DNA of 64,000 nt, taken from the NCBI GenBank assembly GCA_965279375.1, contig OZ257156.1, forward strand, positions 32,001 through 96,000, written 5' to 3'. Below the pieces are notes generated by a model. It was not told the origin of the DNA. It saw nothing but the letters and a program-made list of their open reading frames with translations, and did no database searches. Positions 39,624 through 49,275 of this stretch are shown piece after piece. Origin of the DNA: Gemmatimonas sp. (GTDB lineage: Bacteria; Gemmatimonadota; Gemmatimonadetes; Gemmatimonadales; Gemmatimonadaceae). The first letter of the stretch is position 1, and each line of letters begins with the position of its first letter. The position numbers were made by a program, and so were the translations under genes.

Positions 39624-40227
39624 CGTGCCGCCTCGCGATCAGGAGTCCAAAGCCGATGTGAAATCCACCGAATCCTGCTGCCATCCACGCATCGCCCCAC
39701 TCGGCAGGCGAGGCCAAGGCGAGCGCGCCAAACAACATGAATCCCGTACCCATCAGCGGCACCGCTCGCACCGAAAAGGTGCCTGCCGTGACGATAGCGG
39801 CGCCGTAGGATAGGAGCCATAATCCGGGCAACAACGAGACAGCATCATGCGAGTGAAGCGCAGCTGTGAGCGCAACCGCCGCAGCCACCGGAGGCAGGAA
39901 GCTGAGCAGGAACTTTCGCCCTGGCCCAGAACGCAGCGGCACTCGGGCCCGACGCGCCTTCTGATACAGCGTGCCGCCTCCGAGGAGCGTGGCCAGCACC
40001 GCCGTGGCGAGCCACGCCGCCAGCCAGCGATCGGACGACGGTTGACTGTGCGCGACGAGCGCCGCCGCTATCGCGGTGCAGCCAATGGCGACACCGCCCC
40101 ATCCCGGCACCGCCGTGAACGAACCGGCCCGCTCCATGGTTTGGCGGATGAAGCGCAGATCGTCCATGGCACGTTCGTGCAGGGCGATCGGCGGATCATC
40201 CCGGTCCTGGCGCAGCGGTAAAGGCAT
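39616..40227 (-). CDS. Integral membrane protein coupled to the HTH regulator
   Basis: AMDDLRFIRQTMERAGSFTAVPGWGG followed by about 6 TM helices, GFGGFHIGFG. Confidence 0.75.
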   Translation of the reverse strand: MPLPLRQDRDDPPIALHERAMDDLRFIRQTMERAGSFTAVPGWGGVAIGCTAIAAALVAHSQPSSDRWLAAWLATAVLATLLGGGTLYQKARRARVPLRSGPGRKFLLSFLPPVAAAVALTAALHSHDAVSLLPGLWLLSYGAAIVTAGTFSVRAVPLMGTGFMLFGALALASPAEWGDAWMAAGFGGFHIGFGLLIARRHGG

Positions 40228-40264
40228 GCCCGATGATAAGGACTGACCAGTGCTGCTGTCAAGC

Positions 40265-40281
40265 ACTTTACACCACAAAGC
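40265..40281. promoter_or_regulatory. Putative operator copy 2 (ACTTT-N7-AAAG), upstream of the operon
   Basis: ACTTTACACCACAAAGC; near-identical to 39161-39177. Confidence 0.7.
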
Positions 40282-40299
40282 TAATCGGCGCCCGACGCG

Positions 40300-40788
40300 C
40301 TAGTCCCGCGTCGACTCCCGCGTCATCTCGATCATCGTCTCGCGGAAACCCGCGCTCGCGAACAGCCGTTGCGCCGCCTCGTTGCGCGATGCGGTGGAGA
40401 GCACCACCCGAGGCGCTCCCAGCTCCTTCAGGGCCCGCAGCATCGCCTCCAGCAGCGCGCGACCGATGCCCTGCCCTCGCAGTGGATCATCCACGATGAT
40501 GTCGTAGAGCACCCCCGCCGGCCCACGCAGCGCCATGTAGTCGATCCCTTCGATCGCGCCCCACGCATACCCGAGCACCGCGCCGTCGCGCTCCGCCACC
40601 AACACCACCGCTTCAGGCTCTTTGCGCTGGGCGTTCACGTAACCGCCGTAGGACCGCTCCGTCTGCGGCGAGACGTCGATGAAACGCAGCGAATCGAAGG
40701 CGTGATGCACGCGCACCAACGCCGCGCCCAGACGACCGATTGCGGCGGTGTCGGCGTTAGCCGCGCGTCGAATGACCACATCAGACAT
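40300..40788 (-). CDS. GNAT family N-acetyltransferase
   Basis: DIIVD..LRGQGIGRALL, N.AAQRLF..AGF. Confidence 0.9.
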   Translation of the reverse strand: MSDVVIRRAANADTAAIGRLGAALVRVHHAFDSLRFIDVSPQTERSYGGYVNAQRKEPEAVVLVAERDGAVLGYAWGAIEGIDYMALRGPAGVLYDIIVDDPLRGQGIGRALLEAMLRALKELGAPRVVLSTASRNEAAQRLFASAGFRETMIEMTRESTRD

Positions 40789-40861
40789 TGGTGGTTGGTT
40801 CGTAGACACTAGCGCCTTCACCCTGACTCGTGAAATGGACGGCGGACCACCGCGTGATGCA

Positions 40862-41341
40862 CTAGCCCGGCGGGCGCGTGCTGTTGTCCATGTCGGAGAA
40901 GATGAGCCATGGCCCACCAGGGCGTCGTTTGAGCGTCAACGTGAACTTACCCTGGTCTCCCGGCGTGGTGCCGTAACCATACGCGCCGACGATGAACCCC
41001 ACGGTGTCGGCGACCGAGACCGCGAGCGCGCGCAGTCGCAGAGGCGCGCCACCTTGGCCGGCGTATGCAGCTTGAATGGCGGCTCGGCCGCGAGCCGGTG
41101 CCTGTCCGCTCTGCAACACGAAGCCATCCTCCGCGAAAAGCGCGGCCAGCCCAGCCGCGTCACGCTTTCTCCATGCGGCTTCATAGTCGCGCAGGACACG
41201 ATCGAGCGACGGCGGCAGCGTGATCGATGGCAGTTCCGCCGACGATTTCGTCGGCTGCTTCGAGGAGAGTTGCGCCGCCGCGTCACTGGCAGTGAGAGCG
41301 ACGGCGAGGGTCAGGCCGAACAGCGCGCACGATCGACGCAT
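40862..41341 (-). CDS. Secreted NTF2-like (DUF4440/YybH-type) protein
   Basis: Signal peptide, DAAGLAALFAEDG, GRAAI, GKFTL.LKR...GPWLI. Confidence 0.8.
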   Translation of the reverse strand: MRRSCALFGLTLAVALTASDAAAQLSSKQPTKSSAELPSITLPPSLDRVLRDYEAAWRKRDAAGLAALFAEDGFVLQSGQAPARGRAAIQAAYAGQGGAPLRLRALAVSVADTVGFIVGAYGYGTTPGDQGKFTLTLKRRPGGPWLIFSDMDNSTRPPG

Positions 41342-41378
41342 CACGGACGAAAAGCAAAGGTAGTGAACGACACGCGAC

Positions 41379-43430
41379 TCACTGCGCATTGAGCAGCCGC
41401 TCGGCCTTGAGCCCGTATCGCTCCAGCCGGCGATAGAGCGTGCTACGATTGATGCCCAGCTCCTCGGCGGCGTCGCGCATGGACCGCGCGGAGCGCATGG
41501 CGTGAATCGTTCGCGCGCGCTCGTCCTGGTCGGCGATTCCAGCGGCCGACTCCATCACGCTTGAAGACCGCACTGTTCTCTCGGGCACATTCGGTCGCGG
41601 CGCTGGCAATTCGGCGACCGTGATGCTGTCGCCGTGCGCGAGCGCGGCGGCACGCCGCAGCACGTTCTCCAACTCGCGCACATTCCCCGGCCACGACATG
41701 CTCGCGAGCTGATGCAGCGCTGGTAAAGTCAGTCGGAGCCTCGGACGACCCAATTCCGCGGCAGCGCGCGCGAGCAAGTGCTCCGCAAGCATCGGAATGT
41801 CGGCGGCGCGGTCACGCAATGCCGGGAGTTCGATGGCCAGCACGTTGAGGCGGTAGTACAGATCTACGCGCAAACGTCCGTCGCGCACAGCCGTCTGCAC
41901 GTCACGATTGGTCGCGGCAATCACTCGCACGTTCACTCTGCGCGACTCGCTGCTGCCAACGGCACAGATTTCCTGCTCCTGCAACACGCGCAGCAGCGAC
42001 GCCTGTGCGCCATACGACATCTCGCTGATTTCGTCGAGGAAGATCGTACCACCATCCGCCGCACGGAACTTGCCCGCGCTTCCTTCGCGACGTGCACCCG
42101 TGAAGGCGCCACCGACGTAACCGAAGAGCTCCGCCTCGATGAGATCGGCCGGGAGGGCGGCGCAGTTCACGGCAATGAATGGCCTGTCGCGTCGTGCGCT
42201 CGCGTGGTGAATCGCCTGGGCGAACACCTCCTTGCCGGTGCCAGACTCGCCGAGCAGCAGTACGGGCAGTGCGTTTCCCGCCGCGACGCCCGCCAGTCTC
42301 CGCGCATCGACGATGCCTTGTGAGACACCAACGATGTGCTCAAGCGCGTAGCGGGTCTCACGCCGAGGTGTTGCGCGCTCGGGTGCACGCGACGCGTGCG
42401 TCATTGTGCCCTGCACGCCTGTGCTCAGCCGAACGTCACCGCGTCGAGGTGAATCGCTGCGCAGCAGCAGGCAGGCACCGACTGCGCGCTCACCCTCCAT
42501 GACGGGAAAGCTGAGCGCGGACAATCCGATATCGTGGCCGAGCGACAGGAACACTTCGGTGGAGCCATCGACTGGCGCGTGCGCGCCAACACTGCGCACA
42601 TGTTCCGCGAGGGCAGCGCGCAGTGCGCTGGGTGTGGCGGTGCCGGGCCTCAGTCCGTCCGGGGCGGCGTCGGTCGCCATCACGACGCGGCCGTAGCGAT
42701 CGACGGCGATCATGGCATCCTGCGCGTAGCGACTGCTCAGCCCCGCGAAGCGTTGCAGCACGGAGCAGCGTTGCTCCATGTCGCGTGCGGTGAGCATCTC
42801 GCGCACCGACGCGGCCAGCGACATCGCCAACTGCAGCGTGTGTGGATGTGCGTTGCGACTGAACCCGGAGATGTCGATGACGCCGAGTAGCTCGGTGGAG
42901 GTGGCATCGGCGAGTGGGACCGCCGCGCAATGCCACCCTTGCCACGCCTCGCAGAAATGCTCCGCGCCGACGATGTGCACCGGGCGACGCGTTGCGAGCG
43001 CGGTTCCCGGGCCGTTGGTGCCGACCGCGCTCTCCGTCCACAATCCGCCGGGGCGGAAATTGATGGCGGCCAGTCCGTCGAGTACGGCGGAGTCGCCATT
43101 GCAGGAGAGCATGCGCCCTTCGGCGTCGAACAGACTGAGAATGTGGCCGTTGGTGAACGCGTCGCTGAGGTTCTGCGCGGCCCGCAATGCGAACGGCACC
43201 CAGTCGGCGCGCTCCTGTGCGTGGCGCAGCGACGAGTCGGCAAGCACCAGAGGAGCCTGCGGCAAGTCCGCGCGAACCGATGCCGACAGCGATCGCTCCC
43301 ACGAATCACGCACGAGCGCGCGCGCCGGCGTCTGCGACAGCGATAGCCGCCCATCCACCACGCGATCCCACATCCGACTCACCGCACGCTGCGCGTCGTG
43401 GTCGAATGGCGTGAATTCCATGTCAGGCAT
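41379..43430 (-). CDS. Sigma-54-dependent activator, GAF-AAA+-Fis HTH (AcoR-like)
   Basis: [61 protein letters not shown]. Confidence 0.93.
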   Translation of the reverse strand: MPDMEFTPFDHDAQRAVSRMWDRVVDGRLSLSQTPARALVRDSWERSLSASVRADLPQAPLVLADSSLRHAQERADWVPFALRAAQNLSDAFTNGHILSLFDAEGRMLSCNGDSAVLDGLAAINFRPGGLWTESAVGTNGPGTALATRRPVHIVGAEHFCEAWQGWHCAAVPLADATSTELLGVIDISGFSRNAHPHTLQLAMSLAASVREMLTARDMEQRCSVLQRFAGLSSRYAQDAMIAVDRYGRVVMATDAAPDGLRPGTATPSALRAALAEHVRSVGAHAPVDGSTEVFLSLGHDIGLSALSFPVMEGERAVGACLLLRSDSPRRGDVRLSTGVQGTMTHASRAPERATPRRETRYALEHIVGVSQGIVDARRLAGVAAGNALPVLLLGESGTGKEVFAQAIHHASARRDRPFIAVNCAALPADLIEAELFGYVGGAFTGARREGSAGKFRAADGGTIFLDEISEMSYGAQASLLRVLQEQEICAVGSSESRRVNVRVIAATNRDVQTAVRDGRLRVDLYYRLNVLAIELPALRDRAADIPMLAEHLLARAAAELGRPRLRLTLPALHQLASMSWPGNVRELENVLRRAAALAHGDSITVAELPAPRPNVPERTVRSSSVMESAAGIADQDERARTIHAMRSARSMRDAAEELGINRSTLYRRLERYGLKAERLLNAQ

Positions 43431-43579
43431 GGTTCGTCTCGACGAAAGCGCGTCTGTATCGAGGAGCGTGAGCGATGCGCAGGAACGGACGGCGCACGCC
43501 AACCGCGGCGGAAGGAAGGAGAGCATGCTGGAGCGTCACGACGGACGCAAGATGCGACGAACAGCCCAGTCCGACACGC

Positions 43580-43640
43580 TGTCGCGCCATGGCACACTCT
43601 GTCGCGCGACAGAGTGTCGCGTGTCCTCGCGACGAGCCTC
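43580..43640. promoter_or_regulatory. Putative upstream activator sequences for the sigma-54 activator
   Basis: Three TGTCGC half-sites including the perfect 24-bp palindrome ACACTCTGTCGCGCGACAGAGTGT (43594-43617), about 100-135 bp upstream of the -24 box. Confidence 0.6.
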
Positions 43641-43714
43641 CACGCGACCAGTGCAGGAATCTGCAACTGACTGCCGGCCATCCACTTAGCGTCGCGACGT
43701 CCGCTCGTCATGGA

Positions 43715-43731
43715 CCGGCCCGCTCTTTGCT
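43715..43731 (+). promoter_or_regulatory. Sigma-54 (-24/-12) promoter of the aldehyde dehydrogenase operon
   Basis: CCGGCCCGCTCTTTGCT with GG(43717-8)-N10-GC(43729-30); divergent activator adjacent. Confidence 0.75.
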
Positions 43732-43813
43732 AAACCGAATGCCCGACGCTGAGCTCCGGCACGCGTTCCCACCTGCAGCTCCCTCCTCTCTTCCCACCTC
43801 TCGAGGCCCGCGC

Positions 43814-45370
43814 ATGTCTGCTACCATCGAGCCGACCGCCGTACGCGCCACCCTGCCCGACGCTGCTCGCTCCTTCGCGATCGGCATTCCAATCAAGGCA
43901 CGCTACGAGAACTTCATTGGCGGCACGTTCCGCGCGCCCGTGCGCGGGCAGTACTTCTCGAATCCAACGCCCATCACGGGCCAGCATCTGTGCGACGTGG
44001 CGCGCTCCACGTTTGAGGATGTCGAACTCGCCCTCGACGCAGCGCACGCCGCCGCGCCCGCATGGGGCAAAACGTCGGCGACCGTGCGCGCGAACATCCT
44101 GAACAAGATTGCGGATCGTCTCGAAGAGAACCTCGAGTCCATCGCCGTCATCGAAACGATCGACAACGGCAAGCCGATTCGCGAAACGATGGCGGCCGAT
44201 CTGCCGCTCGCGATCGACCACTTCCGCTACTTCGCGGGCGCCATCCGCGCGCAGGAAGGCAGCGCGGGCGAATTGGATGACGACACCGTCGCATACCACT
44301 TTCACGAACCGTTGGGTGTCGTTGCGCAGATCATTCCGTGGAACTTCCCGCTGCTCATGGCGGCGTGGAAGCTGGCGCCGGCGCTCGCCGCAGGAAACGC
44401 GGTCGTGCTCAAGCCGGCCGAGCAGACGCCGGTGTCGATCATGGCCTTCGCCGAGTTGATCGCCGACCTGCTGCCGCCGGGTGTGTTCAACATCGTGAAT
44501 GGTTTTGGCGTCGAAGCGGGTAAGCCGCTCGCCTCGAGCCCGCGTGTTCGCAAGGTGGCGTTCACCGGTGAAACCACGACGGGCCGACTGGTGATGCAGT
44601 ACGCATCGGAGAATCTCACCACGGTCACGCTCGAACTCGGCGGCAAGTCGCCGAACATCTTCTTCCCGGACGTGATGGCGGCGGACGACGCGTTCTTCGA
44701 CAAGTGTCTCGAAGGATTCTCGATGTTCGCACTCAACCAGGGCGAGGTGTGCACCTGTCCGTCGCGCGCCCTCGTGCACGAATCGATCTATGACGCGTTC
44801 ATGGAGCGTGCGGTCGCGCGCGTGAAGGCGATAAAGCTGGGTCACCCGCTCGACAAGTCGACGATGGTCGGCGCCCAGGCCTCCAACGATCAGCTCGAGA
44901 AGATTCTCAGCTACTTCGACATCGCCAATGCCGAAGGCGCGAAGGTACTCACCGGTGGCGCGCGCGCGCAGCACGAGGGCGAACTGGCCGGCGGCTACTA
45001 CGTGCAGCCGACGATTCTGGAAGGGCACAACAAGATGCGTGTCTTCCAGGAAGAGATCTTCGGCCCGGTCGTCTCGGTCACGCGCTTCAAGGACGCAGAC
45101 CACGCGCTCGAGCTGGCCAACGACACGCTCTACGGACTAGGCGCCGGCGTGTGGTCGCGCGACGCGAACACCTGCTATCGCATGGGTCGTGGCATTCAGG
45201 CCGGCCGCGTGTGGACGAACTGCTACCATCTGTATCCGGCGCACGCGGCGTTCGGCGGCTACAAGCAGAGCGGCATCGGCCGCGAGAATCACAAGATGAT
45301 GCTCGGCCACTATCAGCAGACCAAGAACCTGCTGGTGAGCTATAGCCCCAACGCGCTCGGCTTCTTCTGA
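43814..45370 (+). CDS. aldB: NAD-dependent aldehyde dehydrogenase (AldB/ExaC type)
   Basis: [58 protein letters not shown]-terminal LGFF. Confidence 0.9.
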   Translation: MSATIEPTAVRATLPDAARSFAIGIPIKARYENFIGGTFRAPVRGQYFSNPTPITGQHLCDVARSTFEDVELALDAAHAAAPAWGKTSATVRANILNKIADRLEENLESIAVIETIDNGKPIRETMAADLPLAIDHFRYFAGAIRAQEGSAGELDDDTVAYHFHEPLGVVAQIIPWNFPLLMAAWKLAPALAAGNAVVLKPAEQTPVSIMAFAELIADLLPPGVFNIVNGFGVEAGKPLASSPRVRKVAFTGETTTGRLVMQYASENLTTVTLELGGKSPNIFFPDVMAADDAFFDKCLEGFSMFALNQGEVCTCPSRALVHESIYDAFMERAVARVKAIKLGHPLDKSTMVGAQASNDQLEKILSYFDIANAEGAKVLTGGARAQHEGELAGGYYVQPTILEGHNKMRVFQEEIFGPVVSVTRFKDADHALELANDTLYGLGAGVWSRDANTCYRMGRGIQAGRVWTNCYHLYPAHAAFGGYKQSGIGRENHKMMLGHYQQTKNLLVSYSPNALGFF

Positions 45371-45377
45371 GCCCGCA

Positions 45378-45779
45378 GTGACGCCATCACGCGTAGACGT
45401 CTCGCCCGCCGCCGAGCAGTTGCTGCGCAAGTTGCAGTCGCTGCACGGCGAGTTGGTGTTCCATCAGTCGGGGGGCTGCTGCGATGGCAGCTCCCCGATG
45501 TGCTATCCGCGTCGGGAGTTCCGCATCGGTGCGCGTGACGTGTATCTCGGAACGATCGCCGACGTGCCGTTCTACATTGGCGCGCAGCAGTTCGAGTACT
45601 GGCAGCACACGCATCTGACCATCGACGTGGTGCCTGGTCGCGGCGCAGGCTTTTCGCTGGAGACGCCGGAAGGACTGCGATTCCTGACGCGCTCGCGTCT
45701 GTTCGAAGACGCGGAGTATCACGCGCTGGAGGCGGCGGGTCCGCCACCGCGTGGGGATCAGAGTGCGACGGCGCGTTAG
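45378..45779 (+). CDS. DUF779 family protein
   Basis: FHQSGGCCDGSSPMCY, QFEYWQHTHLTIDVVPGRG.GFSLE; usual partner downstream of AldB. Confidence 0.92.
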   Translation: MTPSRVDVSPAAEQLLRKLQSLHGELVFHQSGGCCDGSSPMCYPRREFRIGARDVYLGTIADVPFYIGAQQFEYWQHTHLTIDVVPGRGAGFSLETPEGLRFLTRSRLFEDAEYHALEAAGPPPRGDQSATAR

Positions 45780-46228
45780 GCGTTCGATCCGTTGCCGCGT
45801 GGGATCGACGATGCGGTCAGTCCGAATAGTGCACCAAAGGCGCGGCGGTCGCTGATGTTACCGAGCAAATCGATGTAGATGGGCAACGCACCGCGCACGG
45901 GGATCCAGACCCGCGGTGCGTTGATGGGCCCGCTGTAGCCGGCCGCGGTGCGTTTCACTCGCGCGATGCCAAGGTCACCGCGCGCCACTCGTCTCTGCCA
46001 AAAGAGAAGCGTCTGGATGCGCAGCACGTCCGTCGCGTCGTGCTGCACCTCCACGGCGAGCACGGCCCCGAAGAACCACGCCGGCGCCACGAGAACGCTC
46101 CCCATCGCAATGAGCGTGAGACTCGCGAGTTGGGCGCCCAGCACGATGGCCGCACCGCCAGCGAGCAGCGCGCCCAGGATGACGATGCGCCACACCCAGG
46201 CGATGGCGCCGTAGCGATAGAGCGTCAC
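45776..46228 (-). CDS. Hypothetical membrane protein (2 TM helices plus small beta-rich cytoplasmic domain)
   Basis: Two hydrophobic helices, then LRIQTLLFWQRRV; GTGA overlap with the upstream gene. Confidence 0.65.
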   Translation of the reverse strand: MTLYRYGAIAWVWRIVILGALLAGGAAIVLGAQLASLTLIAMGSVLVAPAWFFGAVLAVEVQHDATDVLRIQTLLFWQRRVARGDLGIARVKRTAAGYSGPINAPRVWIPVRGALPIYIDLLGNISDRRAFGALFGLTASSIPRGNGSNA

Positions 46229-46566
46229 TCCGTGCCCGCGTCGTCGTGGTGCGTGCCGTCCGACTGACTGCCCACGATCGTGCCGTCCGCATCAATCGTC
46301 GCCTCTACATTGGTGTCCGCCTCCGCGTCGAACGAATCGATCTCGGTGTCCATCTCCTGCTCGGAGATCGCGTCAACGATCGTTGAGTCATCGGAGGCGG
46401 CGGTGACCTCGGCCGTGACGATCTCGTTGAGCGAGCCCACGACCTGACCGATTACTTCGCTGATCTGCGCGCTGATGCCGTTCACGCCATCGGCGATCGC
46501 CGGCGTGATCTCGCGCGTGACGCCGGCGGCGGTCTCCGCGATGTTCCCGAATAGTGAGTCTGCCAT
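46225..46566 (-). CDS. Highly acidic hypothetical protein
   Basis: 113 aa, about 25 D/E versus 1 R and no K by hand count; purine-rich RBS. Confidence 0.7.
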   Translation of the reverse strand: MADSLFGNIAETAAGVTREITPAIADGVNGISAQISEVIGQVVGSLNEIVTAEVTAASDDSTIVDAISEQEMDTEIDSFDAEADTNVEATIDADGTIVGSQSDGTHHDDAGTE

Positions 46567-46635
46567 GTTCCCGTCTCGGTGAAGATGCTGATACCACGTG
46601 GCGCTGCGCGTGGAAGCGCACGCGTCATGCCCGTG

Positions 46636-47451
46636 CTACGCCTCGGTGATTCCCGTTTCCTGGTGCATCTGCTCGAGCATGTGCGGATCGCTGATCGCCG
46701 CCGGGCTCACATCGTTCACATGGGAGTCCGGATGTGATTCGGCGTAGGAGTGCAGCGCCTCGGACGCAGCGGGGAGTTCGTCGTGTACGCGGTCAGCGAA
46801 GGCGTCGAGTGCCTCATGCACCTTGTCGGCGTCTGCGTCGAGGGTTTCCCGGACGGCTTCCACCTTCACGCGCGAGGCGTCGATCTCGTTCGCATCCGCA
46901 TTCTGCATGTCGGCGCGTGCATCAATGAAATCCTGGGCGGTATCGCCGAGGTCGGTGGTGACGACATCAACGAGTCCGCCAATCATCCCGACTGTCGGAT
47001 CGATGATTGGATCGATGACTTCCACGACGAGATCAAAGCTTGTCGCGACGGTGCCGATGCTTGGATTCGGGTTGTTCGCGTCGGCGATAATCTCGGGATG
47101 CTCGGCCTTGAAGTCCTGAAAGTGTTCTACGACGTCGCCCTTCCAGCTCGTGATGGCATCGCCGAACTCTTCACCGACTTCCTGCACGTGCGCCCGAATC
47201 GACTCGACGCGCGACTCGCTGAGTGAACGAAACGACGCGTACTCCTCGTCGCTGATCAGCCCTGCCGCATGATCCGACGCGACCTTCGCTTCCTGCTCGA
47301 AAATGACTTTACCGATCTCCGTCTGCGAGAGCGGCGTGTTCTTGTCTTCCGGATGCTCCTTTGCCCACTTGGCTTCGGATTCCTGCACGAAGGTGGTGAA
47401 GGGCATGCCGGTCGTGGCGGTCTCGGTTGCGCCTGGAACGAATTCAGTCAT
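46636..47451 (-). CDS. Acidic helical hypothetical protein
   Basis: 271 aa ORF, D/E-rich, internal SHOCT-like AGLISDEEYASF. Confidence 0.75.
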   Translation of the reverse strand: MTEFVPGATETATTGMPFTTFVQESEAKWAKEHPEDKNTPLSQTEIGKVIFEQEAKVASDHAAGLISDEEYASFRSLSESRVESIRAHVQEVGEEFGDAITSWKGDVVEHFQDFKAEHPEIIADANNPNPSIGTVATSFDLVVEVIDPIIDPTVGMIGGLVDVVTTDLGDTAQDFIDARADMQNADANEIDASRVKVEAVRETLDADADKVHEALDAFADRVHDELPAASEALHSYAESHPDSHVNDVSPAAISDPHMLEQMHQETGITEA

Positions 47452-47587
47452 GGACGACTCGCGGTGTAGGTCGATGCGGTATGCAACGTCGGTCTTGCAT
47501 CACATGTCAGAAGGCGCAGTTTTTACGACAACTGGCTCATGCGCATCAATCGATTCACCTCCCAGGCACTTCGCCGAGGCACGACAC

Positions 47588-47890
47588 ATGACCGCACCGC
47601 TCGTCAATGGCCAGCCAGACCCCGGCGAAAACGCGTCGGCCTCCGATGCGTTCGAAGTGTTCGTCTCCGAGACGCTGCCTGACGGCGTGATGGAGGTGAT
47701 CGAGGCGGTGCACGAACTCACCTCCTCGCCCGTCGAGCTTGCGCAGGAGCATCTCGAGGCGGTGGGCGAACTGCAGATGCAGAGTGTGGAGGCGTTGATG
47801 AACGACGACCCGGACACCGCGCGAGCGTTGCTGGCGGAGGCGGATCAGGAGATGCGCGCGGGAGAAGACGCGCTGAACAACACCGACTGA
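47588..47890 (+). CDS. Small acidic helical hypothetical protein
   Basis: GAGG RBS, 100 aa, E/D-rich, no Lys. Confidence 0.65.
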   Translation: MTAPLVNGQPDPGENASASDAFEVFVSETLPDGVMEVIEAVHELTSSPVELAQEHLEAVGELQMQSVEALMNDDPDTARALLAEADQEMRAGEDALNNTD

Positions 47891-47919
47891 GGTCGCCCGG
47901 CGCTGGTACGACCACGCAG

Positions 47920-47949
47920 CGGCGCGGCTGCCGTATTGCGGCCGCGCCG
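47920..47949. terminator. Hairpin between convergent genes
   Basis: CGGCGCGGCTGC-CGTATT-GCGGCCGCGCCG, 12-bp stem with one G-U pair; no clear U tract. Confidence 0.45.
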
Positions 47950-47960
47950 AAGCCCGTCGC

Positions 47961-48578
47961 TTACTCGGTGGTGGCCTCCGCTGAGGTATCCGCAACCGTC
48001 GACGCCGCGTAGCTGCCGCCTGCATCACCGGCATCGGCGTGCGCGTCCGCCGCATCAGCATGCGACGCGGCAGTATCGGCATACTGCTCGGCGTGCGCAT
48101 AGTCGCCTTCGGCTGCGTATGACGCGGCGGAGTCTGCGTTCATGTTCGCGGTCTCCTGCTCGTCGCTCGCATTCTCCAACGCCTTCACTTCGTCGTACTG
48201 GGTATCCTGCTGCGCGTCGATGGTCGGGTGCGCGGCTTCGGCGCCACGATCATCCGCTTCCTTGAGATCGTATTCGGCGAGCTTGGCCATCTCTTCGGCC
48301 TTTTCGTAGTCGCCTGACTCGACTGCGACCGCTTGCTCGTGCCGCGCTTCACGCGCGCTCTCGAGCGCATCATCGGCTGCCTGCGCGTCGAGCTTGGCGT
48401 CGAAGATCTCTTCTTCGGTGAGGGTACCCGCGGCGAGATCGTCGGCGACGGTCACGGTCACCTGCTCCGCCTCTTCCTTCGAGAGCCCCGCCACTTCGAG
48501 ATCGAGCGCATCCTGGACGCGCTGCTGCTCTGCCGCCCGCTGTGCGAGTTCCTCTGCTTCGGTTTCTGTGTCGGCCAT
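47961..48578 (-). CDS. Acidic Ala-rich helical hypothetical protein
   Basis: GGAG RBS; 205 aa dominated by A/D/E; two GDY..AE..A motifs. Confidence 0.75.
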   Translation of the reverse strand: MADTETEAEELAQRAAEQQRVQDALDLEVAGLSKEEAEQVTVTVADDLAAGTLTEEEIFDAKLDAQAADDALESAREARHEQAVAVESGDYEKAEEMAKLAEYDLKEADDRGAEAAHPTIDAQQDTQYDEVKALENASDEQETANMNADSAASYAAEGDYAHAEQYADTAASHADAADAHADAGDAGGSYAASTVADTSAEATTE

Positions 48579-48680
48579 GGTGCGCTCCGATTGGTGTGGC
48601 GAGTGAGGTAGCGATGGTGGTGTCGAACGACTTGTCGGCAGATCCGGCCGTGCGGATGCATTTCGACGTTCTACGTGTGC

Positions 48681-49214
48681 TCAGCCGCTGTCGGGCTCCG
48701 TGGTGGCTGCGGCATCGTGCGCCGCTTCCACGGGCGCTGGTGGCGGCGGAGGTTCCGGCTCGGGCTCCGGCTCGACGGTGGCCTCAGGTTCTTCCGCGGG
48801 GCCGGCGCCACGTGGGTCCGGCGTCGCGTCCTCCACGTGCCCGGTGGCACTCGATCCTTCGTCGTGATGCGGATCGGTCGTTGTGGATGCATCTGTGGCC
48901 GCAGATGCCTGCGCGGTCTGCTGCTGAGCGGCTTGCTGCGACGCCTGTTGCGCAGACTGTTGTGCCGCTTGCTGCGACGCTTGCTGCGACAGCTGCTGCG
49001 CGCCGTGCGATTGCGCGAGCATGTGCTGCGGCTCGACGCGCGCGCCGAGTGCGTCCATGCCCATGCCATCGGGTTGCCCTTCGATGTCCACCGATCCGGT
49101 GGCGCGCGTGTTCAGCTCGACCTCGACGACGGGCGCGTCTTCGTGTGTACCGTCGACGGTGGGCCCGTCTGCCGAATCGACGACTGACACGCGGACCTCG
49201 CTGGGGCTCGTCAT
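48681..49214 (-). CDS. Acidic low-complexity hypothetical protein
   Basis: GAGG RBS; SQQA/AQQS repeats, PEPEPEP and poly-Pro tail. Confidence 0.65.
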   Translation of the reverse strand: MTSPSEVRVSVVDSADGPTVDGTHEDAPVVEVELNTRATGSVDIEGQPDGMGMDALGARVEPQHMLAQSHGAQQLSQQASQQAAQQSAQQASQQAAQQQTAQASAATDASTTTDPHHDEGSSATGHVEDATPDPRGAGPAEEPEATVEPEPEPEPPPPPAPVEAAHDAAATTEPDSG

Positions 49215-49275
49215 GCGTGCCTCATGCGGCCGTCCTGCGTGGCGCCTGCGATCGTTGCGGCGTGTTCATGCGCGT

